Below are positions 9,937 to 19,102 of a stretch of DNA of 51,113 nucleotides, piece after piece (the first letter of the stretch is position 1; every line of letters begins with the position of its first letter). Origin of the DNA: Alphaproteobacteria bacterium (GTDB lineage: Bacteria; Pseudomonadota; Alphaproteobacteria; Rickettsiales; SXRF01); assembly GCA_025360345.1 (NCBI GenBank), contig JANYCJ010000170.1, forward strand, positions 1-51,113. Reading direction: 5' to 3'. A program made the translations under genes and the position numbers. The notes under the pieces were generated by a model. It made no database searches. It saw only the letters and a list, made by a program, of their open reading frames with translations, and was not told the origin of the DNA.

Positions 9937-10590
9937 ATGAAACTCACCACCTTTGTAGCAACCGCTGCTTTCGTCGCAGTCAGCTCTGCCGCTTTCGCAG
10001 ACACGACCCCGACGAACTTCACTGGTTCTAACGTCTCCATGGGCCCGGTCCATGCAGGCCAGTACGGCAGCATCTCCAACCTTTACCAGACCCTGTTCAG
10101 CGTACCGCCGAACGTAGTGGGCGGCGGCAGCATTTTCGGCTTCCTGCCTTCTAACCTCACCATCACCTTCCCCTACTCGTTCACCGGCCTCATCGCTGGC
10201 AACCTGCAGGGCAACAGCCAGTATGATTACACCAACGGTGGCAATCACTACAACGGCTTCGGTTCGGCTGACAGCCAGCTGGGCTCTACCTCCAAAGGCT
10301 TCAAGAATAGCGTAGCTTCCGCTCCGCTGATCTTCGCATCCGCTGGCCTGAACGTAGCTAACCCCGGTACCAGCCATGGCACCGTGGTGTTCTCCAACCG
10401 TTCGACCTCGTTCGAAAGCTTTGAATCCATCTTCACTGGCTTGCTGACCCTGCGTCCTCGTGCCATCGGTTCTGCAACCTACGCAGTATCCACCATCCCG
10501 CTGCCTGCAGCCCTCCCCATGTTCGCCACTCTGCTGGCTGGCATGTTCGGCTTCGCTCGCAGCCGCAAGCGCAAGGCTCTCGCAGCCTAA
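9937..10590 (+). CDS. VPLPA-CTERM sorting-domain surface protein
   Basis: Signal peptide ending AFA; S/T/N/G-rich body; C-terminal IPLPAA + TM helix + basic tail RSRKRK. Confidence 0.88.
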   Translation: MKLTTFVATAAFVAVSSAAFADTTPTNFTGSNVSMGPVHAGQYGSISNLYQTLFSVPPNVVGGGSIFGFLPSNLTITFPYSFTGLIAGNLQGNSQYDYTNGGNHYNGFGSADSQLGSTSKGFKNSVASAPLIFASAGLNVANPGTSHGTVVFSNRSTSFESFESIFTGLLTLRPRAIGSATYAVSTIPLPAALPMFATLLAGMFGFARSRKRKALAA

Positions 10591-10602
10591 GCTTGTTAAG
10601 CT

Positions 10603-10637
10603 AAAAAAAAGCCGCCCCTCGCCGGGCGGCTTTTTTT
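10603..10637. terminator. Bidirectional intrinsic terminator
   Basis: A8-GCCGCCC-ctcgcc-GGGCGGC-T7 just after the VPLPA gene stop. Confidence 0.85.
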
Positions 10638-10870
10638 ATGCCTGCTATCCACTTTCCCCCTTCCCGCTCTGCCGCCCCCATGCCTAAATACCCCTATCAG
10701 GCCTGATAAAAAAAGCCCTCGCCCCCAAAGCGAGGCACAGGGTCGGCGACACCAACCTCACGCCCCTGCCAAGCGGAACCCGAAATGAGCGCGCTCATCT
10801 ATTGTAAAAGAACCAAAGCACACCCCTGCAATGCCGCAAAGCGGCCAGCCCTTAAAAAGCCAATATTAGG

Positions 10871-10995
10871 CGGGTGATGATTGGGGCGAGTGAAATGCAA
10901 GGCGCACCGGAGCGCAGGAACGCAGTGTAGCGCAAGCTACATGAGTATCCGAGCACCGGAGCAACGCCGCAGTTCGCCGCCCCAATCATCACCCG
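10871..10995. repeat. RPE1-like palindromic miniature element
   Basis: Perfect 18-bp terminal inverted repeat (CGGGTGATGATTGGGGCG / CGCCCCAATCATCACCCG). The core GGAGCGCAGGAACGCAGTGTAG..CTACATGAGTATCCGAGCACCGGAGCAACG resembles the Rickettsia palindromic element 1 core as I recall it. Confidence 0.7.
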
Positions 10996-11966
10996 TGGCA
11001 TTTTTTGTATTTTTTGCCGGAGCCGCAGAAGCACGGATCATTCCTGCCCAGCCGCACCGAGGCCATCTCCGCGAAAGAAAGCGTCTTCGCGTCATGCAGC
11101 AGCTCCCCGCGTATCGAGGCACTGGCCCCCACCGGCGGCGGCGGCAGCAGCTTCATGGCCTGCGCCAGCGGCTTCAGCGCGAAAGAAAGCCCAAGCGATG
11201 CTTCAAGCCCCTCCACGCGCGCCAGCAGCGCCTCCCGGGCCAGCGCGGCGCTATTGCAGCCAAACAGCACCTGGTTGCCCCGCTCCTCGTCGCGCACCGA
11301 AAATACCTGCGGAAAGCTTTCAATGATCGTGCGCTTCTTCAGCGCGTGCTGCGTGTCGTTGTCCAGCAGGTTGATGACCGTCACCCCCTCCGGCGTGAGC
11401 TTTTCCCGGCACAGCGCAAAAAACTCGCAGGTCGAAAAATCCCTCGGGCCGCTACCCACCCCGATAAACGCATCCACCACGATCATGTTATACGGCTCTG
11501 CCGCCGGGTGCTCCGCCAGCTTCCTGCGCCCGTCCTGAATGGAAATCTTCAGCCGCGCATCCTTGGCCACCCCGAAAAACCGCATCGCCACGTCCACCAC
11601 GTCGCGGTCAATATCCGCGCAGTCGATCACCGTTTCGGGCAGCACATGGTGCATCACCATGGGAATCCTCCCCCCGCCGAAGCCGATCACGTAAATCCGT
11701 TTCGGCGCCGGGTTCCACAGCAGCCCCAGCATCACCAGCCGCGAATAGGGCGACAGCAGGTGCAGCGGCGCCTCCAGCTCCATGCGCGATTGTATTTCCG
11801 CGTCGAGGTCGGCGTGGAAATACAGGTAAATCACCCCTTCGGATTTATAGACCAGTATATCGTTGTCTGATTCCGCCATGCGTAGCAAAATGCCGTCCGG
11901 CATCGCCCTTACCGGCGCCAGCCTCGCCTCAATCGCCTGAAGATTTTTCTCAGCCCATTCGCTCAT
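10989..11966 (-). CDS. Spermidine-synthase-like SAM-dependent methyltransferase with C-terminal SEC-C motif
   Basis: IYVIGFGGG, DIDRDVVDVAMRFF, QDGR, IVVDAF, EFF..C...L.P.G; ends in LGRNDPCFCGSGKKYKKCHG. Confidence 0.8.
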   Translation of the reverse strand: MSEWAEKNLQAIEARLAPVRAMPDGILLRMAESDNDILVYKSEGVIYLYFHADLDAEIQSRMELEAPLHLLSPYSRLVMLGLLWNPAPKRIYVIGFGGGRIPMVMHHVLPETVIDCADIDRDVVDVAMRFFGVAKDARLKISIQDGRRKLAEHPAAEPYNMIVVDAFIGVGSGPRDFSTCEFFALCREKLTPEGVTVINLLDNDTQHALKKRTIIESFPQVFSVRDEERGNQVLFGCNSAALAREALLARVEGLEASLGLSFALKPLAQAMKLLPPPPVGASASIRGELLHDAKTLSFAEMASVRLGRNDPCFCGSGKKYKKCHG

Positions 11967-11982
11967 ACGGCAATTTACCCGC

Positions 11983-12013
11983 AAAAACGCCCGGAAAGCA
12001 AGCCTTCCGGGCG
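11983..12013 (-). terminator. Intrinsic terminator downstream of dksA
   Basis: CGCCCGGAA-loop-TTCCGGGCG stem followed by T5 on the minus strand. Confidence 0.7.
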
Positions 12014-12092
12014 AATGTATTATAAAGAAAAATGGCTTCAGAAGTCGCTGTCCCGGGCTTCACCCGGCATAGTAGACTTCGGAAGCCGCTTT

Positions 12093-12512
12093 TTATTCTT
12101 CGTCGATATACTGTTTTTCCATGCGCTCGTGGCGCTCCTGCGCCTCGATGGTCATGGTGGCGATAGGGCGCGCTTCCAGCCGCTTGATGCCGATCGGCTC
12201 GCCGGTTTCTTCGCAGAAACCATAGGTGCTGTCGTCAATGCGCTTCAGCGCCGCGTCGATCTTGCCAATCAGCTTCAGGTAGCGGTTGCGGGTGCGCAGC
12301 TCCACACCGGCTTCCGTTTCCAGCGATGCGCGGTCGGACAAATCGGGCTCGCGCCAGTTTTCTTCCTTCAGGTTATTGATCGTTTCCTGCGATTCTTTCA
12401 GCAGCTCGTCGCGCCATGTGGTCAGCTTCAGGCGGAAATATTCCAGCTGCTTGGCGTTCATGTATTTTTCATTTTCGGTGGGCTGGTAGGTCTTGGACAT
12501 TTTAGCCGACAT
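12093..12512 (-). CDS. dksA: RNA polymerase-binding transcription factor DksA
   Basis: YMN.KQLEYFR.KL..W, PDLSDRASLE, KID.AL.RI...TYGFCEETGEPIGIKRLEARPIATMTIEAQERHE (alphaproteobacterial type). Confidence 0.95.
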   Translation of the reverse strand: MSAKMSKTYQPTENEKYMNAKQLEYFRLKLTTWRDELLKESQETINNLKEENWREPDLSDRASLETEAGVELRTRNRYLKLIGKIDAALKRIDDSTYGFCEETGEPIGIKRLEARPIATMTIEAQERHERMEKQYIDEE

Positions 12513-12663
12513 TAGAACCTCGATGGATGGTGCGAGTTAAACAGATTCCCAGTTGCATATCCGGCCTCTTAAGCGGGCGGTCATTAAAGCAGAGAGCTTA
12601 TGTAGCAAAACCCGGCGCAATTGCAATCAGATTAGTTACTACCCTTTAGCATTTAACGCTTGA

Positions 12664-13125
12664 TTACGCATTATCCGAAGAAAGCTGGGCCACCGATGCG
12701 GCCGCCATTTCGAGCTTGGCCAGCTCCACCGCCGTGCGAAGCTCAATGTCTTCCATGATGGCGATCAGCTGCGGATCAACAACCCCTTGTTTTTGTATCG
12801 AAAGCTGCCGCGCTATATCTTGCAGTGTGTGCGGCGGTATCGCCCCTGTTAAAATCTGCCTGCGCAGCTTGTCCAGCGAGTCCAGCATCGAATGCCCGTG
12901 CTGCACCATTTTGCGCTTATACACGTCCTCTTCCGAAATTTCCTGTAGCGCCAGAAGGTTATTCAGCGCCGACATCGGGGCGACATCGCTGGTGGCCTGC
13001 GTACTGCTGCCTTCCGGCGTTTCCGCCGCCGACAGCAGGTCTGAAAACAGCCCCGTCGCGTTCGCGCCCCGCTTTTTGTTCACGTTGCTGTTGGAGCTGA
13101 TAGTGCCGAAACCCGTAATCTTCAT
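12664..13125 (-). CDS. fliX: Flagellar assembly regulator FliX
   Basis: LLALQE...G..MLD.LD.L...IL.G and DPQL..IM.DIELR.AVELAKLE; conserved dksA-fliX / flgI divergent arrangement. Confidence 0.88.
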   Translation of the reverse strand: MKITGFGTISSNSNVNKKRGANATGLFSDLLSAAETPEGSSTQATSDVAPMSALNNLLALQEISEEDVYKRKMVQHGHSMLDSLDKLRRQILTGAIPPHTLQDIARQLSIQKQGVVDPQLIAIMEDIELRTAVELAKLEMAAASVAQLSSDNA

Positions 13126-13221
13126 AGCCGTCCTGGTTGCCTTCCTTCAATTGTATAGCAGCTTCCGCCCCGGGTAAACAAACCGTTTCCGCGCGGAGGC
13201 TTGCCGGGCCTCACAGCCCCG

Positions 13222-13239
13222 CGGCAATTTTTGCCTCCC
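13222..13239. promoter_or_regulatory. ftr-like enhancer (putative FlbD-type activator site)
   Basis: CGGCAATTTTTGCCTCCC, about 90 bp upstream of the flgI sigma54 promoter; 17/18 identical to the site at 30007. Confidence 0.65.
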
Positions 13240-13298
13240 GCCCTTAGCTTCCCTCCCGCGGCGCCCCTGCCGTTCTTCAATAAGCGCATGAAATATAT

Positions 13299-13313
13299 GC
13301 AATCGCCATGCCA
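13299..13313 (-). promoter_or_regulatory. sigma54 -24/-12 promoter facing fliX
   Basis: Minus strand TGGCATGGCGATTGC (GG-N10-GC). Confidence 0.6.
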
Positions 13314-13322
13314 CCGCCAAAC

Positions 13323-13337
13323 TGGCACAGGAATCGC
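13323..13337 (+). promoter_or_regulatory. sigma54 -24/-12 promoter of flgI operon
   Basis: TGGCACAGGAATCGC (GG-N10-GC), 30 nt before the flgI ATG. Confidence 0.75.
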
Positions 13338-13366
13338 TCCCTGTTCAGGAAAGCAGGAGAGACCTT

Positions 13367-14593
13367 ATGACCGAGAATACCACGCAACTTTGGGCCAGCA
13401 CCCGCGAAACCGCCGCTTACGAGCGCGACAAAACCTCCGACCAGATGATCCGCGTGGCCTTCCGCCTTTTTTACCTCACCCTGCTCTTCACCCTCATCAT
13501 GGGCAGCTACCTCCTCACCTCCACCCCCGCCCATGCCGAGTCCCGCATCAAGGACATCGTGAATTTCGAAGGCGTGCGCGACAACATGCTGATGGGCTAC
13601 GGCCTCGTCGTAGGCCTCAACGGCACCGGCGACAAGCTCACCAACTCCGCCTTCACCGAGCAGTCGCTCATCGCCTTCCTTGAGCGCCAGGGCGTAAACA
13701 CCCGCGGCACCTCCTTAAAAACCAAAAACGTCGCCGCCGTCACCGTCACCGCGCGCTTGCCCGCCTTTTCCCGCGCTGGCAGCAAAATCGACGTCACAGT
13801 AAGCGCCATGGGCGACGCCAAGGACTTAACCGGCGGCACCCTGCTGGCCACCCCGCTTTACGGCGCAGATGGCGAAGTCTACACCGTGGCGCAGGGCCAG
13901 ATCTCCATCGGCGGCTTCCGCGCCGCTTCCGACAGCGCCAACGTCACCATCTCCAAGGGCGTGCCCACCTCCGGCTTCGTGGCCAATGGCGGCATCGTGG
14001 AAAAAGAAGTGCAGTTTGCCCTCAACGACATGCCCGAACTCAAAATGGCCCTTAAAAACCCTGACGTCACCACCGCGCAGGCCATCGCCAACATCATCAA
14101 CCAGCAGGTCGGCCCCGGCCTCGCCTCCGTGAGCGATCCCGGCACCGTGGTGCTCACCGTGCCCGCCTCCTACCACAACAACGTCACTCAGCTCCTCGCC
14201 GACGTGGAGAAACTCTCCGTCGCCACCGACCAGGTCGCCCGCATCGTCATCGACGAATCCTCAGGCACCATCGTCATGGGTGAAAACGTCCGCATCGACA
14301 CCGTGGCCGTAGCGCAGGGCAACCTCATCGTGAAGGTCGAAGAGACCACCGCCGTCTCCCAGCCCGGCCCCCTTTCGCCGGAAGGTTCCCAGACCGTGAC
14401 CACGCAACTGAGCAATGTTTCCGTGACCGATTCCGGCCCCGGAAAGAATATGGCCGTCCTCCCTCGCGGCGCTACGCTTAAAGACCTCGTGGCAGGCCTC
14501 AACGCCCTGGGCGTGGCTCCGCGAGACCTCATCACCATCCTGCAGACCATCAAGGCCGCTGGCGCCCTGCAGGCTGAAATCCAGACCCGGTAA
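13367..14593 (+). CDS. flgI: Flagellar P-ring protein FlgI
   Basis: SRIKDI...GVRDN.L.GYGLVVGLNGTGD, KNVAAV.VTA.LP.F, RDLITILQ.IKAAGALQAE. Confidence 0.97.
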   Translation: MTENTTQLWASTRETAAYERDKTSDQMIRVAFRLFYLTLLFTLIMGSYLLTSTPAHAESRIKDIVNFEGVRDNMLMGYGLVVGLNGTGDKLTNSAFTEQSLIAFLERQGVNTRGTSLKTKNVAAVTVTARLPAFSRAGSKIDVTVSAMGDAKDLTGGTLLATPLYGADGEVYTVAQGQISIGGFRAASDSANVTISKGVPTSGFVANGGIVEKEVQFALNDMPELKMALKNPDVTTAQAIANIINQQVGPGLASVSDPGTVVLTVPASYHNNVTQLLADVEKLSVATDQVARIVIDESSGTIVMGENVRIDTVAVAQGNLIVKVEETTAVSQPGPLSPEGSQTVTTQLSNVSVTDSGPGKNMAVLPRGATLKDLVAGLNALGVAPRDLITILQTIKAAGALQAEIQTR

Positions 14594-14597
14594 TCGC

Positions 14598-14969
14598 ATG
14601 ATCAATGCCGCCACCACCGCCACCCTCTTCGCCAATCAGGCCGCCATCCCCGGCGCAACCCTGCCCAAGGCCGGCAAAATGACCGAAGCGCAGGCCACCA
14701 CCGCCTCCAAAGACTTCGAAGCCATGTTCTTAAGCGAAATGCTCGGCCAGATGTTCGGGGACTCCGTAGGCACCGACGCGTTTGGCGATGCCGACTCCTC
14801 CGAAATCTACAAAGGCATGATGGTAGATGCCTATGGCAAGGAGATCGGCAAGTCCGGTGGCATAGGAATTGCTGATTACGTTAAGAAGGAACTACTTAAA
14901 ATTCAGGAGACGAATGATGAACCAGGAACCAAGAACCTCGCAGCCCTCCGCTCCTATAAACGCTCCTAA
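14598..14969 (+). CDS. flgJ: Rod-binding protein (single-domain FlgJ)
   Basis: DFEAMFLSEML..M and GGIGIADYVKKELL; follows flgI. Confidence 0.85.
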   Translation: MINAATTATLFANQAAIPGATLPKAGKMTEAQATTASKDFEAMFLSEMLGQMFGDSVGTDAFGDADSSEIYKGMMVDAYGKEIGKSGGIGIADYVKKELLKIQETNDEPGTKNLAALRSYKRS

Positions 14970-15387
14970 GCTTAAAATTCAGGACGTTATCACCCTCACT
15001 GCCCGCCTCGCCCAGCTTCTGGCCGAGGAAGTGGACCTGCTGGGCGATATGAAAGTCCACCAGATTGAGGCCCTCCAGCAGGAAAAATTGTTCCTGGTCA
15101 GCGCCCTCGAAGCCCAGCGCAAACTGGTAGACAAGAACCCCTACCTCATCGAATCCATCCCCTCGCAGGACAAAAAAGACCTCGAGGAAGTGGTGGAAGT
15201 GTTCAACAACATCCTCGAAGAAAACCACCGCAAGCTGCTGATGGCCAAGGAAGTGAACCACAAGATCGTGGAAGCCATCACCGCCGTGGTCAAGGAAAAC
15301 ACCCAGACCCGCGCCTATGGCAGCAAGGGCGTCACCAACAAGATCCCGTACGAAACCCTCTCCGTAACCCTGAACAAGACCATTTAA
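14914..15387 (+). CDS. FlgN-like flagellar export chaperone
   Basis: Helical L..LL.EE..LL...KL pattern and terminal Y...G; lies between flgJ and flgK; AGGAGA RBS before ATG 14914/14917. Confidence 0.7.
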   Translation: MMNQEPRTSQPSAPINAPKLKIQDVITLTARLAQLLAEEVDLLGDMKVHQIEALQQEKLFLVSALEAQRKLVDKNPYLIESIPSQDKKDLEEVVEVFNNILEENHRKLLMAKEVNHKIVEAITAVVKENTQTRAYGSKGVTNKIPYETLSVTLNKTI

Positions 15388-15397
15388 AGAGCACCCC

Positions 15398-18121
15398 ATG
15401 GGCCTCTCAGTCGCACTCAATAATGCACTAACCGGGCTGAACGTAAACCAGCAGCAGCTGACCGTGCTGTCGCAGAACATCGCCAACGCCAACACCCCCG
15501 GCTACAGCAAGCAGACGGCCCAGCAGGACTCGGTATACCTCAATGGCGTGGGACAGGGCGTAAACATCACCCAGATCACCCGTAAGGTGGATGAATACCT
15601 GACCCAGGCCGTGCAGACGCAGGGCTCCATCGTGGCCAGCACCGGCGTGCTCGATGATTACAGCACCCGCATCCAGCTGCTGCTCGGCAACCCCGGCGAC
15701 AAGAACAGCATCGACTCCTATGTCAATACTTTCACCAACTCCGTGCAGTCGCTCGCCCAAACCCCGCAGAACACCACCCTCCAGCAAACCGCCGTCAATA
15801 ACGGCGTCACCCTCGCCACGCAGGTTTCCGGCCTCGGCACCTCGCTGCAAAACCTGCAGTTCAAGGCCGATCAGGATATTTCCTCCGCCGTAACGGCAGT
15901 CAACGTAGATCTCCAGCGCCTTTCAGACCTCAACCACCTCATTTCCGCAAACGTGGCCCTCGGCAAGTCCGTGGCCGAGCTGGAAGACCAGCGCGACAAA
16001 ACCGTGGCCGATGTCGGCCAGTATATCAATATCAGCACCTTCACCCAGAAAAACGGCAATTTGAGCGCCACCACCGGCAACGGCATCCCCATCCTCGACA
16101 ACAGCGCCTACCGGATCAGCTACACGCCTGCCGCCTCGGCTGCGTCGTTCGGGAACGGTACCACCCTTGGCGCCATCACCATCACCCGGCTCGACAGCAC
16201 CGGCAATCCTTCCGGCGAGCCCCTGACCCTCGCCAATGCCGGGCCGCCCTCCTCCATTTCCAGCGTTTTCACCTCCGGCAAGATCGCCGCCCTCATGGAA
16301 ATGCGCGACAGCCAGATCCCCGCCATCACCTCCCAGCTGGATAACCTCGCCAGCAACCTGCGCGACCAGATGAACGCCATCCACAACACCGGCTCAGGCT
16401 ATCCGGGCGCGAACAGCTTCACCGGCACCCGCGCCGTCTTCGCCCAGCAGGTGAACGAATGGTCCGGCCAGACCCGCATCGCCGTGCTGGATTCCAACGG
16501 CCAGCCCGTCGCCTCCCGCTATTCCGACGAGCCCAACGGCGCCCTGCCCCTGACCCTCGACCTCGCAAAAATGGACACCCAGAGCGGCGTGGGCAACCCC
16601 TCCGTGCAGGGCATAGTAGATGCCATCAACCAGTATTACGGCACTCCCCAGAACAAAACCGAGCTGGGCAACCTCAACAACATCCAGATCGCCTCCGACA
16701 GCGTCGCCATCCCCGCCACGCCCGCAAAATTCAATTTTGATTTCAACCTCAACAATATTTCCGGCAGCAGCGCGGGCTTCTACGTCACCAATGTCAGCGT
16801 CCAGAACAACAACGGCGTGGACATCACCTCGGTCAGCTCCACCAATTCCCAGTTCAGCCTCGACCCCGCCAACACCTATATCACCACCGCCGGCAGCAAC
16901 GTCGTCACCATCAACACCGCCTCCAGCAACAACCTGAGCGACGGGCAGATGGTGTACCTCACCACCCCTCCCGGCGGCCCCTATGACGGCATAAACGCCT
17001 CCGGCCTCGGCGGCTATTTCAAAATCTCTAACGTCACCGGCCACAGCTTCCAGATCACCGCGGCCGGCATCGCCGCCACCGGCACCACCTTCGGCGTGGC
17101 GGGCCAGACCGTCATCCCGCCTTATACCTCCGCCCTTTCCGGCTCTGACACCCGCACCGTGAGCAACGGCAGTTTCACCGCCGACCTCAGCGGCGACCCC
17201 GCCTCCCCCTTCTACACCGTCTCCGTCACCATGGGTGTGGACGATGGCTCCGGCGTGGTCAAAACCTCCGTGGTCAATTACCGAATCAACAACCAGCAGC
17301 CCAATATCCTCAACAAGCTGATCGGCGCCGACACCATCTCCGGCAACGGCAAGATCGTCGCCCCCACCAGCTACGCCCCCCTTGCGGTCGCCAAGCTGGT
17401 AGATGCCAATGGCAACGAACTGCCCAAGCGCAACGGCGTATACACCAATGAAGTGCCCGGCTACCTCCAGATCACCGCGGGCTCATCCACCTCCACCATC
17501 GCCATAGACAGCCTCGACAGCAAAGAGCTGGGCAACCCCACCGTAAGCCCCGTCGTTCCCGGCTCCAACCGCGGCTTCTCGCATTATTTCGACCTGAACG
17601 ACTTCTTCGCCAGCAACCATCCCATCAGCACGGGCGACACCCTCGCCGGCAGTGCCGTCAACCTTGCCGTGGAGCAGCGTTTCCGCAACGACCCCGGCCT
17701 CCTCTCCCTCGGCCAGATGATAAAGAGCCCCAACTCCATCAACCCTAATAACCCGCCGAACTACACCTACCAGCTCAACCCCGGCGATAGCAGCATCATC
17801 ACCAAGCTCGCCCAGCTGGCCGGCACCAATATAAACTTCGCCGCCGCCGGCGGCCTCGGCGCCACCGCCCAGACCCTCACCGGCTATGCCGGCCAGATCA
17901 TCGGCGGCACCTCGACCAACGCCGTCACCGCCAAGACCAACAGCACCAACGCCCAGGCCCTCCTGCAGGGCTACCAGGAAAATGCCAGCGCCGTCAGCGG
18001 CGTGAATCTCGACACCGAACTGGCCAACACCGTGATCTACCAGAACGCCTACAGCGCCTCTGCCCGCGTCATCACGGTCGCAAACCAGCTTTTCGACACT
18101 CTTTTACAATCGTTCCAGTGA
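15398..18121 (+). CDS. flgK: Hook-associated protein FlgK (extended, 907 aa)
   Basis: ALTGL...Q..L.V.SQNIANANTPGYSKQ N-terminus; VSGVNLDTELAN...YQNAYSASARVI C-terminus. Confidence 0.95.
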   Translation: MGLSVALNNALTGLNVNQQQLTVLSQNIANANTPGYSKQTAQQDSVYLNGVGQGVNITQITRKVDEYLTQAVQTQGSIVASTGVLDDYSTRIQLLLGNPGDKNSIDSYVNTFTNSVQSLAQTPQNTTLQQTAVNNGVTLATQVSGLGTSLQNLQFKADQDISSAVTAVNVDLQRLSDLNHLISANVALGKSVAELEDQRDKTVADVGQYINISTFTQKNGNLSATTGNGIPILDNSAYRISYTPAASAASFGNGTTLGAITITRLDSTGNPSGEPLTLANAGPPSSISSVFTSGKIAALMEMRDSQIPAITSQLDNLASNLRDQMNAIHNTGSGYPGANSFTGTRAVFAQQVNEWSGQTRIAVLDSNGQPVASRYSDEPNGALPLTLDLAKMDTQSGVGNPSVQGIVDAINQYYGTPQNKTELGNLNNIQIASDSVAIPATPAKFNFDFNLNNISGSSAGFYVTNVSVQNNNGVDITSVSSTNSQFSLDPANTYITTAGSNVVTINTASSNNLSDGQMVYLTTPPGGPYDGINASGLGGYFKISNVTGHSFQITAAGIAATGTTFGVAGQTVIPPYTSALSGSDTRTVSNGSFTADLSGDPASPFYTVSVTMGVDDGSGVVKTSVVNYRINNQQPNILNKLIGADTISGNGKIVAPTSYAPLAVAKLVDANGNELPKRNGVYTNEVPGYLQITAGSSTSTIAIDSLDSKELGNPTVSPVVPGSNRGFSHYFDLNDFFASNHPISTGDTLAGSAVNLAVEQRFRNDPGLLSLGQMIKSPNSINPNNPPNYTYQLNPGDSSIITKLAQLAGTNINFAAAGGLGATAQTLTGYAGQIIGGTSTNAVTAKTNSTNAQALLQGYQENASAVSGVNLDTELANTVIYQNAYSASARVITVANQLFDTLLQSFQ

Positions 18122-18135
18122 TAAGGATTTAGAAT

Positions 18136-19041
18136 ATGGTAGCGGTCGTATCCACCCTCTCGGTTCTGCAACGGACCATCGACGATGTGAGCAAAGTGCA
18201 GAACAACCTGCTCAACCAGCAGATCCAGCTTTCCAGCGGCCGCAAGTCGCAGGACTTCACCGGCATGGCCGACCAGTCCCAGCAATATCTCTCGCTAGAC
18301 GCGACGCTGGGCAAGAACGACCAGTACCTCAACGACAACCAGCTGATCGAAACCCGGCTAAACTCCACCGCCAATTCGCTCACCAATATTGTCACCATCG
18401 CCAACAGTATGCAGAGTCTCATCGCCCAGCGCCGCACCGGCGTGTCAAACACCGGCGCCTTCCATAACCAGCTCAACGGCCTGTGGCAGCAGCTCACCAC
18501 CGAGCTGAACGCATCTGTGAACAACCAGTATCTTTTCAGCGGCACCAAGACCAACGTGCCCGCCGTCAACACCGCAACTTTCCCCACCCTGCAAACCCCC
18601 GGCGTGCCCGACAGCGGCTACTATCAGGGCAGCGACCAGGATGTCACCGCCCTGCTCAAGGACGACACCGCCATCCAGTATAACGTGCGCGCCGACGCCC
18701 CCGCCTTCCAGAATCTTTTCGCCGCCCTCGCCATCGCCAAACAGGCCGACCAGAACAGCAGCGATAACGATTTCAAGAAAAGCTACGACGTGCTCCAGAA
18801 GGGCATCCAGGGCGTCATTTCCATTCAGGCGCAGGTGAACTCCAACAAGGTGCAGGCCACCACTGTGGACAGCAGCCTCAACAACCTTAAGCTCTACATG
18901 AAGGGCATCCAGGAAAACATCGGCAATACCGACGTGGTGAGCGTATCGACGCAAGTAGCGATTAATCAGGGCATATTGCAGGCAGCGTTTCAGGCCTTTG
19001 CCAAAATTAGCGCCTTGCGGCTTTCAGACTTTTTGAGATAA
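18136..19041 (+). CDS. flgL: Hook-associated protein FlgL
   Basis: QIQLSSGRK, NQYLFSGTKT..P, C-terminal LQAAFQAFAKISALRLSDFLR; follows flgK. Confidence 0.85.
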   Translation: MVAVVSTLSVLQRTIDDVSKVQNNLLNQQIQLSSGRKSQDFTGMADQSQQYLSLDATLGKNDQYLNDNQLIETRLNSTANSLTNIVTIANSMQSLIAQRRTGVSNTGAFHNQLNGLWQQLTTELNASVNNQYLFSGTKTNVPAVNTATFPTLQTPGVPDSGYYQGSDQDVTALLKDDTAIQYNVRADAPAFQNLFAALAIAKQADQNSSDNDFKKSYDVLQKGIQGVISIQAQVNSNKVQATTVDSSLNNLKLYMKGIQENIGNTDVVSVSTQVAINQGILQAAFQAFAKISALRLSDFLR

Positions 19042-19102
19042 CTTATTAACCAAATCATGATACCATCGGGTTCATGGTTATAGCAGACAGAAGGTGGTAT
19101 CT

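Noticed and set aside
10881-11870. 329-aa plus-strand ORF, and 12015-12515
   Set aside because: Antisense to the MTase-SEC-C gene and dksA; no motifs.
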